Notes: generated by a model not told the origin, from the sequence alone. A DNA stretch of 64,000 nucleotides from an uncultured archaeon (GCA_902384455.1 CABMCB010000094.1:53305-117304), one strand, 5' to 3'. Shown: positions 1 through 10,056, counted from the stretch's first letter. Program-made: numbers and translations.

Positions 1-194
1 GGCGGCAGGTATAGTGTGGCAACGTCTACGTTTACGGGGATTTCGGATATGCTTTTGTAGCAGCGTATGCCTTCTATTTCGTTTTCTTTGGGGTTTACGG
101 GGTATACAGAATGGCCGGCCGCAATCCAGGCGCGTACTGCTTTGTTTCCGTATTTTTTCCTGTCTGCGCTTGCGCCTATGACCGCGACGTTCAT
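1..194 (-). CDS. CoA-binding protein (YccU-like), runs off the window start
   Basis: Manual translation from ATG 194: MNVAVIGASADRKKYGNKAVRAWIAAGHSVYPVNPKENEIEGIRCYKSISEIPVNVDVATLYLPP. VAVIGAS and YPVNP motifs; ATGA overlap with the glutaredoxin stop. Confidence 0.85.
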   Translation of the reverse strand, partial: MNVAVIGASADRKKYGNKAVRAWIAAGHSVYPVNPKENEIEGIRCYKSISEIPVNVDVATLYLP

Positions 195-433
195 TCGGCT
201 AGTTCTTCTTCTATTGCTTGCCGGTCGAATCCTACTATTATTTTCCCGTTTATGTCCAGTACGGGGACGCCCATTTGACCGCTTTTCTCGAACATTTCGG
301 TCGCCCCTTTTTCGTCGGACGAGACGTCCACTTCCTTGTAGGCGACTTTCTTCTGTTTCAGAAGATCACGTGCTTTATGACACCACGGGCACGAAGGCGT
401 CGCATAAATAGTTATTTGAATGTTTTTTGCCAT
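191..433 (-). CDS. Glutaredoxin-like protein (NrdH/YruB type)
   Basis: CPWC active site, GVP cis-Pro motif, IVGFD; GGTGGTGA SD-like sequence before the ATG. Confidence 0.9.
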   Translation of the reverse strand: MAKNIQITIYATPSCPWCHKARDLLKQKKVAYKEVDVSSDEKGATEMFEKSGQMGVPVLDINGKIIVGFDRQAIEEELAE

Positions 434-482
434 TTCACCACCCTTGCTTAGGGATTGGAACGAGGGGATTTAAATGGCGGGA

Positions 483-1001
483 CTATTTTTTCTTCTTTAT
501 CGTTTCCGTAAGCGCCAAAAGGCCTTTGAGTATTTCCGTCGGAGTCGGGGGGTTGCCGGGTATTTTAGCGTCCACGGGGAGTATTTTGTCGGCTCCGCCG
601 AGGACGGCGTATGAGTCTTTGAATATGCCTCCGTCGCATGCGTCGTCTCCGACTGCGATTACGAATTTGGGGTTTGGCATCGCATCGTAAGTTTTTTTGG
701 CGGCAATAGCCATGTTATGGGTGATGGGGCCTGTGACAACCAGGACGTCGGCGTGCCGCGGGGAGGCGACGAATGTTATGCCGAACCGTTCGACGTCGTA
801 GTAGGGTGTTGTAAGGTTTACGAGCTCTATTTCAGGGGAGTTGTCGCTTCCTGTGTCCAGTTCGCGGAGGGCTAGGCTTCTCCCGAAGATGGCGTCTACT
901 TCCTTTCGCAGCTTGATTCCGACGGCATCAAATTCTTCGTCTGTGAACGTGAAGTTTTTTGTCGACTTTGGTGTAACTATGTTTTTGAGTGGGTTCGCCA
1001 T
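483..1001 (-). CDS. hyfI: NuoB/HyfI-like small subunit of an Ehr complex, lacking the canonical Fe-S cysteines
   Basis: YDVERFGITFVASPRHADVLVVTGP family signature; GSDNSPEIE, GDDAC and PGNPP occupy the usual GSCxxC, GxC and PGCPP positions. Confidence 0.9.
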   Translation of the reverse strand: MANPLKNIVTPKSTKNFTFTDEEFDAVGIKLRKEVDAIFGRSLALRELDTGSDNSPEIELVNLTTPYYDVERFGITFVASPRHADVLVVTGPITHNMAIAAKKTYDAMPNPKFVIAVGDDACDGGIFKDSYAVLGGADKILPVDAKIPGNPPTPTEILKGLLALTETIKKKK

Positions 1002-1011
1002 TGTTTTTTCC

Positions 1012-2589
1012 TCACAGGTCCGTTCCCGCGTACGACAGGTTCAGGCTTTTATTGATTAAGGGGAAATCGGGCACGATGTTGCCCAAAACCGCATGCTCTA
1101 TGGCCTGCCAGTTGCAAAACGACGCCGTCCGCACTTTGTAGCGGTCGATGCGACCGTCTTTTATTCGCACCCAATGCAGGTTTTGGCCTCTTGGCGCTTC
1201 TATTAGGGATAGTGCGCTGCCGTCTGCGGGCTTGAGCGTAGTGTGGATGGCTTTGTTTTCGGGTATCCTGCAGATTAGTTTTTGTATTATGGCGGAGGAG
1301 TCATGTATTTCCGCCGCTTTGACTTCGAACCTAGACAGGACGTCGCCTTCTTCCCTCGTCCGCTTTTGCAGGTGCAGCTTGGGGTAGAGGCCGTAGGGGT
1401 GGTCTATTCGGGTGTCTACTTGTGCGCCTGATGCGCGGGCGGCTGGTCCGGTTATGTTAAGGGGTTCGATAAGCTCTTTTTTGATTACGCCCGTGCGCTC
1501 CAGGCGGTCTATGACTGATGTGGATGAGCGGATTGCGTTTACCGCTTCAGTGAATTTGCCGGAGAATTCCTCGAGGTAGTCTGAGAATTCGGTGAGCGAT
1601 TCGTCGGGGATGTTTTTTGTGAGGCCGCCTGTTGTGATTATGTCGCGTAGGAAGCGGGAGCCGGTTAGTTTTTGGTTTTGTTGTAGTGTTTGTTCGCGTA
1701 GGATGAAGAAGGGGCTTGCGCCTGCTGGGTATGCGACGTCTATTATCATTCCGGCCATGTCGCCAAGGTGGGAGTAGATGCGTTCTGTTTCCAGCAGTAT
1801 TGTTCGTATGTGCCATGCTCTTTCGGGTGCGTTTGTGTCGGTTATTTTTTCTATGGCGTTGCAGTAGGCGGTTGTGTTTGCGGCGGTTTCGTCGCCGCTT
1901 ATGGCTTGGGCTATTTTGACGGATTCTTGTGGTGTTTTTCCTTCGGCTAGTTTTTCTATGCCTCGGTGTTTGTAGAACATCCGGATTTCGAGGTTGAATA
2001 TTGTTTCGCCTATTACGCTGAATCTGAAGTGGCCTGGTTCTATTATGCCTGCGTGTACTGGGCCGACGGGTATTTGGTATACTCCTTCTCCGTGTACTTG
2101 TTTGAAGGGGTATTCGTCGGCTGCGTTGTTTTTTGTGTTTGTTGTTATTGGTCCGTTTTTGATTGTTTTTAGTAGGGGGTGGAAGTCGTTGGGGTATGTT
2201 TCGTGTAGGAATAGGCGGCGGATGTCGAATGCGTTTTTGAATTTGATGCCGAATCCGTCTGTGATTTCTCGTTCGTACCAGCAGGCGGCGGGGAATGTTT
2301 CGGCTATTGATTGGGCTGTTGTGTTTTTTAGTGGTATTTGGATTGTGAGGGTGTGTGGTTGGTGGCGTCGTTCGAAGACGTAGTGTAATGTGAATCCTTT
2401 TTTTGTGTCGGTTTCTTGTGTGCAGAATAGGGCTATTAGGATGAAGCCTTTTTGAGCGATGGCTGGAAGCGTCTCTTCCATCTCTTCTTCGCTGAGGGTT
2501 ATGGCGATTTCTTGGCTGCGTCCGTCGGTGGCCAATTCGGCTTTTTTGTTGCCGAATATGCCGTTCAGTTCTGCTCGTAGTTCGTCCAT
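1012..2589 (-). CDS. hyfG: NuoCD/HyfG-like large subunit of an energy-converting-hydrogenase-related (Ehr) complex; not a NiFe hydrogenase
   Basis: WYEREI, GPVHAGIIEPGHFRF, YKHRGIEK, EAPRG; both Ni-binding CxxC motifs absent (AISGDET; NKSLNLSYAGTDL). Confidence 0.9.
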   Translation of the reverse strand: MDELRAELNGIFGNKKAELATDGRSQEIAITLSEEEMEETLPAIAQKGFILIALFCTQETDTKKGFTLHYVFERRHQPHTLTIQIPLKNTTAQSIAETFPAACWYEREITDGFGIKFKNAFDIRRLFLHETYPNDFHPLLKTIKNGPITTNTKNNAADEYPFKQVHGEGVYQIPVGPVHAGIIEPGHFRFSVIGETIFNLEIRMFYKHRGIEKLAEGKTPQESVKIAQAISGDETAANTTAYCNAIEKITDTNAPERAWHIRTILLETERIYSHLGDMAGMIIDVAYPAGASPFFILREQTLQQNQKLTGSRFLRDIITTGGLTKNIPDESLTEFSDYLEEFSGKFTEAVNAIRSSTSVIDRLERTGVIKKELIEPLNITGPAARASGAQVDTRIDHPYGLYPKLHLQKRTREEGDVLSRFEVKAAEIHDSSAIIQKLICRIPENKAIHTTLKPADGSALSLIEAPRGQNLHWVRIKDGRIDRYKVRTASFCNWQAIEHAVLGNIVPDFPLINKSLNLSYAGTDL

Positions 2590-2593
2590 TTGT

Positions 2594-4051
2594 TTACACC
2601 CCCACGTCGGCGACGATGCGCGTTAGTAACGAAGTAAGCCATGCGGGGAAGTATATTCCCAGCACGAATATGAGTATGAGCAATGCTACAATAGGCATTT
2701 CCATGCCTATGTGCACCTGGTATTTCTTTGATGAAGCGACGTTTTTCTCCTCTATCTGAGAGAACATTTTGGTGAGCACAAGGGCGAATGATGACGCTGC
2801 CGCAACCAGCAGTATGAGTAGGATAAGCAGGAGTCCTGTGGATGCGTTCCCCGCCTGCAGCAGGATGGACAGCTTGGACATGAATATCATGAATGGCGGC
2901 ATTCCAGCTATTGCGGCGCTGCCAAGCATCATGCCCAATGATGCGAGGGGTTGCAGCTTAAGCGCATTCTCCATTTTTTCCACGCGGTTGCTTTGGTACT
3001 GCTGGTGGAGTATTCCCGCTGAGAAGAATAGCAGCGCCTTTGTGAGCGCGTGAGCTAGGACGTGGTAGAGGACCCAGAATAGGGCTATTGGAGTGCCTAT
3101 GCCTATGCCCACCAGCATTATGCCCATATGTTCTATGCTGGAGAAAGCGATGAGTTTCTTGAGGTTTCTCTGCGTTAGCATGCTGAATGCCGCAATGAAA
3201 ATGCTGAGCATGCCGAAAAATAGGAGTATCTTGGTGAAGGGGATTATTGCTGGCGTTTGCCTTACTATGGCCGTAAGCCGCAGTATCCCGTAGACGCCTA
3301 TGTTGAGTAGTACCGCAGAGAGCACGGCGCTTATCGCAGATGGGGCTCGTGAGTGGGCGTGCGGAAGCCAGGTGTGGAATGGGGCTATCCCGGATTTGGC
3401 GGCAAACCCTATGAAAACAAAGACGGCGGCGGCCGCAAGTAGTGTGGGAGGGAACTCTTTGGCGTGCGCTGTGATGTCGCTTAGGTTTAGTGTTCCTGCG
3501 GCAAGCGTGTGCTGCGTAAGCGCGAAAAAGAGTATGATGCCGATGAACGAGAAGAGCATTGCAATCGACGTTACAAATATGTATTTGAGGGAGGCGTCGA
3601 TGTTCTTGGTGGAGTTGAGGATGGCGATAAGCAGCGCGGAAACGAATGTAGTCAGCTCCGCGAAAATCCAAAAGAGCGCCAGATTGTTTGAGGAAAACAC
3701 AAGAACAGTCAGCAGCATCAGTATGTTGTATGCGATGTAGAACACCTGCATGTCCCTTTTGTCGAGCTCCTGATGCTGTATCATCCCCTTTATGTACCCC
3801 TTCAGGTACACGGCCGCAAGTAGGAACACCGTTCCCGCAATCAGTATTTCGTAAGCGGCTAGGTGGTCTATTAGGAGGTCTTTGTTTTCTAGGTAAGTGA
3901 GGGGTAGGTTTCCTTGGAAGGCGATAATCGCCGTTATCATCGCTCCCGCGGCGTTCATAACGGTCAGGATGTTCATTATCCGGTGCGACCTCGCAACGGA
4001 CACTACCGAGGAGACCAGCAGACTGAAAACCACGTAGTATATGAGTATCAT
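2594..4051 (-). CDS. hyfF: HyfF-like antiporter-type (NuoL/M/N family) membrane subunit
   Basis: Multi-TM; KSGIAPFHTWLPHAHSRAP, KKLIAFSSIEHMG, HALTKALLF. Confidence 0.9.
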   Translation of the reverse strand: MILIYYVVFSLLVSSVVSVARSHRIMNILTVMNAAGAMITAIIAFQGNLPLTYLENKDLLIDHLAAYEILIAGTVFLLAAVYLKGYIKGMIQHQELDKRDMQVFYIAYNILMLLTVLVFSSNNLALFWIFAELTTFVSALLIAILNSTKNIDASLKYIFVTSIAMLFSFIGIILFFALTQHTLAAGTLNLSDITAHAKEFPPTLLAAAAVFVFIGFAAKSGIAPFHTWLPHAHSRAPSAISAVLSAVLLNIGVYGILRLTAIVRQTPAIIPFTKILLFFGMLSIFIAAFSMLTQRNLKKLIAFSSIEHMGIMLVGIGIGTPIALFWVLYHVLAHALTKALLFFSAGILHQQYQSNRVEKMENALKLQPLASLGMMLGSAAIAGMPPFMIFMSKLSILLQAGNASTGLLLILLILLVAAASSFALVLTKMFSQIEEKNVASSKKYQVHIGMEMPIVALLILIFVLGIYFPAWLTSLLTRIVADVGV

Positions 4052-4052
4052 C

Positions 4053-4736
4053 TTAATCCTCCTCCTTAGACCACCCGTGGAAAGGGTGAAGCCGCATATG
4101 GAATTCCTCGATGCTCGAGTCTATGCCTATAGTGAGTATCAACGCAAGCAGCACAAGGATGAACAGGTCAATCATAATCAAAACCTCCACGATGAAAGGA
4201 AGCTCGGCCAAAAATAAACTGAAAAGTAGGACGCCGTTCTCCATCACCAAGTACCCGATGATTTTGGTGACAAGCTTCTTGCGGCTGACAGCCACCATCA
4301 TGCCCATTAACGTAAGCGAGACGCCGAATACTGCGCCAAGGTAAAATAGGTTGCTTAAGGCCAGTTCACGGATGATCTCGGAAAAAGCCGTATAGACCAG
4401 CAGGATGAGTATTATGGTGGCAACCAAAGAGCGCGCAGGAGTGAAATAATGAAACTCAAGGTCCCGTTTTATGCGCATCTCCCTCTGAATGCTGCGCATT
4501 ACGTACGGAATCAGTATGACCTTGCTTATGAGAGTTAGAGCGGCAAGGTACAGAAGAACCGAACTTCCATCCAACAGGTAAAGGAATACGGCCGCAAGCA
4601 CCAGAAGGAATGACTGTGCGGCATATGTGGAGACTAGCGAGAATAGGTCTCGTCTGGTGACGACTAATGCGCCTGTGATGAACGTGAGTGCTAGAAGTAC
4701 TTTAATCCATTCTGTTAGTAGCAGCGGGTCGATCAT
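4053..4736 (-). CDS. hyfE: HyfE-like membrane subunit
   Basis: Multi-TM; KVILIP and GYLVMENG motifs; lies between hyfC and hyfF homologues. Confidence 0.85.
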   Translation of the reverse strand: MIDPLLLTEWIKVLLALTFITGALVVTRRDLFSLVSTYAAQSFLLVLAAVFLYLLDGSSVLLYLAALTLISKVILIPYVMRSIQREMRIKRDLEFHYFTPARSLVATIILILLVYTAFSEIIRELALSNLFYLGAVFGVSLTLMGMMVAVSRKKLVTKIIGYLVMENGVLLFSLFLAELPFIVEVLIMIDLFILVLLALILTIGIDSSIEEFHMRLHPFHGWSKEED

Positions 4737-5674
4737 TTGAAGACCTCCAGGAATAGTGTGAGGACTGAAAAGAAGAATGCGGTCATGAACACGTTAGGCA
4801 GGTTGAATAGGCGCAATTTGGCTATTGACGACTCGACGACTCCTATGGCGAACGCAAGCACAGCGCCCTTAACAAGGAAGCTTAATGCGCCGACTGCTAT
4901 TCCCACGAGCGTCGCATCTGAGGATAGGCCCCATGGTACGAGGAGGTTTATGAATATACCCATTAGTAGGGTCTGTTTTACTGCGTGGGAAAGTTCCATG
5001 AGAGCAAGGTCGCTGCCGGATAGTTCCAGAATCATGGCTTCATGTATCATGGTGAGCTCAAGGTGTGTTTCGGGGTTGTCTACAGGTATCCGCGCAGTTT
5101 CCGTGATTAGGACGATAAACAGTGGAATAGAGATTAGGATAAATGCGGGGTCCATGAAGAAGCCGGTTCCTGCCGTCGCCCTAAACATCTCATGGAAGTT
5201 GGTGGTATGCAGTATGAACGCAAGCGCGGTGAAAACCATGACGGTAATCGGCTCTATTACCGCGGAGATGCTCATCTCCCGTGAGCTTCCCATCCCCCCG
5301 AATGTGCTTCCTGCGTCCAAACCCGCAAGAGCCATGAAAAACCGCGCGAGCGCCAGCAGGTACAGGAACAGTATGACGTTTCCTATGCCGTCGACAGGCG
5401 AAGGAACGAAAGCGAGGGGCACGAAAAGTGCGGCAACTACCATCGCTATTATGCTAACGTAAGGTGTTGCCCGCATAATCCACGACGCGTTTGAGGAGTA
5501 CACCCGCTCTTTCCTCATCAATTTCGCAATGCTATAGTACTGCTGAAGAAGCGGCGGACCCCTGCGCCTTTGGGCGTACGCCTTGACCTTCTTTATGAGC
5601 CCCATGAACAGCGGAGAAACCAATAAAGCCACCGCCACGTTCACTATACAGTATAGTACGAAGGAGCCGGTCAC
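4733..5674 (-). CDS. hyfC: HyfC/NuoH-like membrane subunit
   Basis: QRRRGPPLLQ, FGGMGSSREM, ETARIPVDNPETHLELTMIHEAMILE; probable GTG start 5674 overlapping the hyfB stop (ORF track starts at 5683). Confidence 0.9.
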   Translation of the reverse strand: MTGSFVLYCIVNVAVALLVSPLFMGLIKKVKAYAQRRRGPPLLQQYYSIAKLMRKERVYSSNASWIMRATPYVSIIAMVVAALFVPLAFVPSPVDGIGNVILFLYLLALARFFMALAGLDAGSTFGGMGSSREMSISAVIEPITVMVFTALAFILHTTNFHEMFRATAGTGFFMDPAFILISIPLFIVLITETARIPVDNPETHLELTMIHEAMILELSGSDLALMELSHAVKQTLLMGIFINLLVPWGLSSDATLVGIAVGALSFLVKGAVLAFAIGVVESSIAKLRLFNLPNVFMTAFFFSVLTLFLEVFK

Positions 5675-7617
5675 AGGTACCACCCCAAAAGAACCAGTAA
5701 CGCCACGACCGCTATGAAGCCGTAGTTAATGTACGAATCGAGGTTGCCGTTCTGCAGCGCCGAAACCGAACGCGAAATGCCGCCCGCCATCTTAGCAACA
5801 GGCATGTAAAGGTACTCCTCAAAAAACTTCATCAGGTGAATCTCTGCATATCCCCCCTTGAAAATAACCTGCTTATTATCGAAGAACGTCCTATCACTGA
5901 CTTTCTTAGTCTGGTAAACAGGCTTGAATATGGTGACAATAGGCTCGGAAAACCCTGACGCCGTATACTCCATCTTACTGTTCTGCGAAAGCAGCCCGCA
6001 CCCCCACGTCTCGCTAACACGACTTCTGCGAACGGACAACGTAAAGACCGCAATATACACTGCCGCATAAACCAAAAGCAAAAGCAAACCAACCAAAAGA
6101 AGATTCGGGATAAGAAGCGGATAACCTAACCACGACAAAAGCGGCGCGGAAAAGACACCGAGAAAAACGCACAAAAAGGCAAGAAAACCAGGACCAACCA
6201 ACATCAGAAACGGCACCTCCTTCGACTTCTGCGCCTCCTCAGACCTCGGAACCGCAAGGAACATGACACCGAACGCCTTAACGAAACACGCGGCAGCAAG
6301 CGCGCTGGTTAATGCGAAAACGGAGAGGCACATCATCAGCGACAACTGAAGCATCGGGTGGTTCTGCAGCGCGTAAGACTGAAGAAGCACCTGGAATATC
6401 ATCAATTCGCTTACAAATCCATTGAAAGGAGGCAACGCCGATATGGACACCGCACCCACAAGGAAGAATAACGCAGTATACGGCATACGCTTAATCAAGC
6501 CTCCCATTTCCTCTATGTTCTGCGTCTTTACTGCGCTTACGACCGAACCCGCAGTGAGGAACAGGAGGCTCTTGAACAGCGCGTGATTGAGGGTGTGGAA
6601 TAGGGCGCCTATGAGGCTGAGGAACGCCAGGTCCGCAAGCCCGTAATGCAGGAAGATAGGATACAAACCAAATCCTATAAGAATTATGCCGACGTTCTCT
6701 ATGCTGTGGTACGCAAGAAGCCGCTTGATATCATGCTCCTTGAGGGCGTATATCACGCCCAAAATGGCGGACGTAGTACCTACGACTAAGATGATGATGC
6801 CCCACCAGGGGTTGGGCGGCAGGACATATAGGACGAACCGCATCAGACCGTATATCGCCACCTTTATCATTACGCCGGACATTAAGGCGGATATGTTTGA
6901 GGGGCTGGCGGGGTGCGCGTAAGGCAACCACTTGTGGAAAGGTATGACTCCCGCTTTAATCCCGAATCCCACAAGCAACGCCAAGAATACGGCGGCCGCA
7001 GACCCAGTCGCGATTTCAACGGCCGTTATGCTAAGTGATCCGCTTGCGCGGTATAGCAGGGAGAATGCGATTATTAGGAAGACTGTGCTTAACTGCGTCA
7101 TTGCGAAGTAGAATATTCCTGCTTTTCTTGTTTCCGGCTTCTCGTACTCGAACATCACAAGGAAGAAGGATGAAAGCGACATGAGCTCCCAGAAGAATAG
7201 GAATGAAAAGGTGTTTTCTGACGCCACTACGAGGACCATGGAGAGTATGAAAACGTTCATTAGGGAGGCCAGCACGTTTTTGCGGCGCACGTGCCTGCCG
7301 TGTTCCACATACTGGATGGAGTATACCGCCACCGCCAGCGAGACTACGGATATTACGAGGATGAAGAATGAGGCAAGCCGGTCTACTGCGAATGACAACG
7401 CCAGCGACGGCGCAAGGGAATAAGCGGCGAAATAAGTCTCCTGATTCGCATATATTGTTGCCGAAGAGAAGGATAGAAACAGAAGGGACGATACTACAGT
7501 AAGCAGAAAAGAAATCCGCCTAACAGACCTGCCCAGACGCAAAGAAAAAAGAAGCGGCAACAGAGAGCCGACGAGGGAGAACGCCACACCACCGCAGAAC
7601 AATGAAGACGTAAGCAT
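5671..7617 (-). CDS. hyfB: HyfB-like antiporter-type membrane subunit
   Basis: WELMS, KAGVIPFHKWLPYAHP, KRLLAYHSIENVG, LPPFNGFVSE, TWGCG, MEYTASGF. Confidence 0.92.
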   Translation of the reverse strand: MLTSSLFCGGVAFSLVGSLLPLLFSLRLGRSVRRISFLLTVVSSLLFLSFSSATIYANQETYFAAYSLAPSLALSFAVDRLASFFILVISVVSLAVAVYSIQYVEHGRHVRRKNVLASLMNVFILSMVLVVASENTFSFLFFWELMSLSSFFLVMFEYEKPETRKAGIFYFAMTQLSTVFLIIAFSLLYRASGSLSITAVEIATGSAAAVFLALLVGFGIKAGVIPFHKWLPYAHPASPSNISALMSGVMIKVAIYGLMRFVLYVLPPNPWWGIIILVVGTTSAILGVIYALKEHDIKRLLAYHSIENVGIILIGFGLYPIFLHYGLADLAFLSLIGALFHTLNHALFKSLLFLTAGSVVSAVKTQNIEEMGGLIKRMPYTALFFLVGAVSISALPPFNGFVSELMIFQVLLQSYALQNHPMLQLSLMMCLSVFALTSALAAACFVKAFGVMFLAVPRSEEAQKSKEVPFLMLVGPGFLAFLCVFLGVFSAPLLSWLGYPLLIPNLLLVGLLLLLVYAAVYIAVFTLSVRRSRVSETWGCGLLSQNSKMEYTASGFSEPIVTIFKPVYQTKKVSDRTFFDNKQVIFKGGYAEIHLMKFFEEYLYMPVAKMAGGISRSVSALQNGNLDSYINYGFIAVVALLVLLGWYL

Positions 7618-7708
7618 CTTAGTCGCCTTTGGATTTCATAACGCAATTTCTAGCGTTCTTATTCATCCCCCCTCTTTAAGAACATTCATTCAATGACCAA
7701 AAAAAGCG

Positions 7709-8920
7709 TCATCCGCCAAACATCAGAATGCCCGGCTTGAATATTAGTATGAGGCCGAGAAGCAGCATTAGTGTGCCGCCGATTAGTTTTCCTATTTTTC
7801 CTTCTTTCGCATCTAGTTTGCGGCTGCGCAACGTATATACCGCTATGCTAAAGACGAGAAGGTCATCCAGCATGTAGAAGAAGATGTATAGGCTCAAGTA
7901 AGCGTAGTACATTGGAGCGGAGAGGTTGTTTAAAGTCAATACTCTAGTGTAAATGGCGGGAAACCCGGCCGTGCACGCAAGCTCCACTAGGTTGACGGCG
8001 AACGCCAAAACTATTGTGCCGGCGATTGTCGCAGGCAACGCTCCCTCGTGGACTATACTGCGCATCCGCTTGAATATGCCTGGTTTGACGCTTTCAGGTA
8101 TCGTAAGCGACGGACCCTTCTTGAACCAAAACACGTCCTTAAGGTTTATGAGGCCTGCTGCCACCGCGAACGCTCCTATTGCAACGCGGGTCGGGGTTGC
8201 GTAGCCCACAAACAGGAATAAATTAAGCCACGCGGCCATAAACAGGAAGTAGCTTATGCCGGAAGCCAAAATGAATATCCCGCCTACGAGGAACATCTTT
8301 CTTCGGCTTCTTGTGTACACTAAAAGCGCAAGAAGGAAAGTCAACACCCACATAGCGCAGGGGTTAAATCCGTCCAAAAGGCCGACGGCCATTGTGAAGG
8401 CGGGCAAGCTGACTGTGAGAGGGTCTACTTCGCCAAGGCCAGGAACCAGCATGATGTTTGAAACGTTTTCCGGCTGAACCAACTCCAGTTTCATGGAGGA
8501 ATTAGTAAGTTTGAGGTATGGGCTGAGGCAGCCGTATTTTATGCAGAATTTTACTTTGTTTTCAATTCTCTGCCCTGAAACAAACGTGTTGCCGTAGCCG
8601 GCAAAGTATGTGTCGCCTATGAAGTTTGCCGGCACTCCGCCGGGTTTCTCGCCGTATGCGTCCGTGAAATTCAGAAGCAGAGGCACAAATTCAGGATTCG
8701 TCTCTAAGTCGTAATAATCAAACGTGACCTGAGGATAACGGACTAAAAGTTCAGACATGAACTCTTTCTCCGCCTGACAGTGAGGGCAACTTGTGCGCCC
8801 GAAAACAACCAACGTGACGTTGTACTCCGGCTGCCCCACATCATCCGCTGAAACAGGCAGAAGAAGGAGAAAGACGGAGAATAGTATGATTGCCGCCTTG
8901 AAACTCAAATATGACGCCAT
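7709..8920 (-). CDS. Thioredoxin/glutaredoxin domain fused to a CcdA/DsbD-like membrane domain
   Basis: Signal peptide, CPHC, GVP; membrane region with DGFNPCAMW and ELACTAG cysteines. Confidence 0.85.
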   Translation of the reverse strand: MASYLSFKAAIILFSVFLLLLPVSADDVGQPEYNVTLVVFGRTSCPHCQAEKEFMSELLVRYPQVTFDYYDLETNPEFVPLLLNFTDAYGEKPGGVPANFIGDTYFAGYGNTFVSGQRIENKVKFCIKYGCLSPYLKLTNSSMKLELVQPENVSNIMLVPGLGEVDPLTVSLPAFTMAVGLLDGFNPCAMWVLTFLLALLVYTRSRRKMFLVGGIFILASGISYFLFMAAWLNLFLFVGYATPTRVAIGAFAVAAGLINLKDVFWFKKGPSLTIPESVKPGIFKRMRSIVHEGALPATIAGTIVLAFAVNLVELACTAGFPAIYTRVLTLNNLSAPMYYAYLSLYIFFYMLDDLLVFSIAVYTLRSRKLDAKEGKIGKLIGGTLMLLLGLILIFKPGILMFGG

Positions 8921-8930
8921 ATCAGCGGTC

Positions 8931-9893
8931 CTAAACTTCGTAACCTAATTCCCGCGTAAGCTCCTCATACCTATTGCGGATAGTAATCTCGGTCACACCC
9001 GACAGCTTCTCAGCAATCTCCTTCTGAGTGTAACGCTCACGAGTAAGCTTCCCAGCCAAATAAATAGCAGCAGCCGCAACACCAGTAGGACCGCGGCCCG
9101 ACGTAATACCCTTCTCGCGGGCCCGCTGAATTATTTCCATAGCCTTCGCCTCAGTCTCCCCGCTTATTCCCAACTCGCTAGCGAACTTAGGAACATAATC
9201 CATGGGAGTCGCAACAGGCATCTTAAGGCCGAGTTTGCGGCAGCAGAAGCGGTAACTTTTTCCGATGTCCTTCTTGCTTTTGCCGGTCGCCTCGGAAAGC
9301 TCGTCCAGCGTCTTAGGCTGCCCGTGCTTCCGGGTTACGAAATATACGATTGCGGCAACAACACTCTCTATGCTGCGCCCCCGCGTCAGCCCCTGATTGA
9401 CGGCTTTGCGGTAAATCATGGCGCACTCCTCCTTTATGTTGTTGTTTATGGAAAGGAAACTGCAGACTCGGTCCAACTCCGGAAGCGCAATAGAAAGGTT
9501 CCTGTGGACGCTGTCGCTCATGCGGCTGCGCCGCTGCCACTTACGCAGACGATACAACTGAGCCTTCCTCTCCGGCTGAATGTTACCCCCGCGAATGTCG
9601 CGATCATAACGGTCGATTTCAGTGGTAAGACCTTTGTTAAGCTTAGCGAACTTGACTGGGCCGCCGGTGCGGCTTCTTTTGGCGGTCTGCTCCTGATCGA
9701 ACGCCCGCCACTCCGGACCGCTGTCGATAAGATTTTCCTCAATAACGGTGCCGCATGCTTTGCAGACTATTTCAGCGTGCTTGCGGTCCGTGAACAAGTT
9801 TCCGCTGCCGCATTCAGGGCAGACCTTTATTTCTTCTCCGGGGGTAGACTCAGGTTTTTCCCCCTTCACCATTTGCATTGATTTAACTGTCAT
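8931..9893 (-). CDS. tfb: Transcription initiation factor IIB (TFB)
   Basis: Zn ribbon CPECG...CKACG, GPEWRAF B-reader, RLRKWQ, two cyclin repeats (GRSIE, GRGPTGVAAAAIY, TEITIRNRY). Probable ATG 9893; ORF track start 9965. Confidence 0.96.
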   Translation of the reverse strand: MTVKSMQMVKGEKPESTPGEEIKVCPECGSGNLFTDRKHAEIVCKACGTVIEENLIDSGPEWRAFDQEQTAKRSRTGGPVKFAKLNKGLTTEIDRYDRDIRGGNIQPERKAQLYRLRKWQRRSRMSDSVHRNLSIALPELDRVCSFLSINNNIKEECAMIYRKAVNQGLTRGRSIESVVAAIVYFVTRKHGQPKTLDELSEATGKSKKDIGKSYRFCCRKLGLKMPVATPMDYVPKFASELGISGETEAKAMEIIQRAREKGITSGRGPTGVAAAAIYLAGKLTRERYTQKEIAEKLSGVTEITIRNRYEELTRELGYEV

Positions 9894-10056
9894 CTTAGAA
9901 CCGTGTAAAAGGCAGAATGAAGAGTATATTGCTTCTTTACCGCTTAAAAAAGAGGCAGTATTCAAAAAGTTACCTGATTTCGGCCGGATTCTTATTCTTT
10001 AGCATTTTTTAAGGGGGGAACATAAAGAGTGGATGACAGTTTTTGTAGGCACTCAC

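Noticed and set aside
540-850. Selenocysteine or recoding at the missing cysteines of the small subunit
   Set aside because: The codons are GAC, CCT, GAC and AAC, not TGA.
1012-2589. Group 4 [NiFe]-hydrogenase / formate hydrogenlyase
   Set aside because: Both Ni-binding CxxC motifs are absent and no maturation genes are nearby; this fits Ehr instead.
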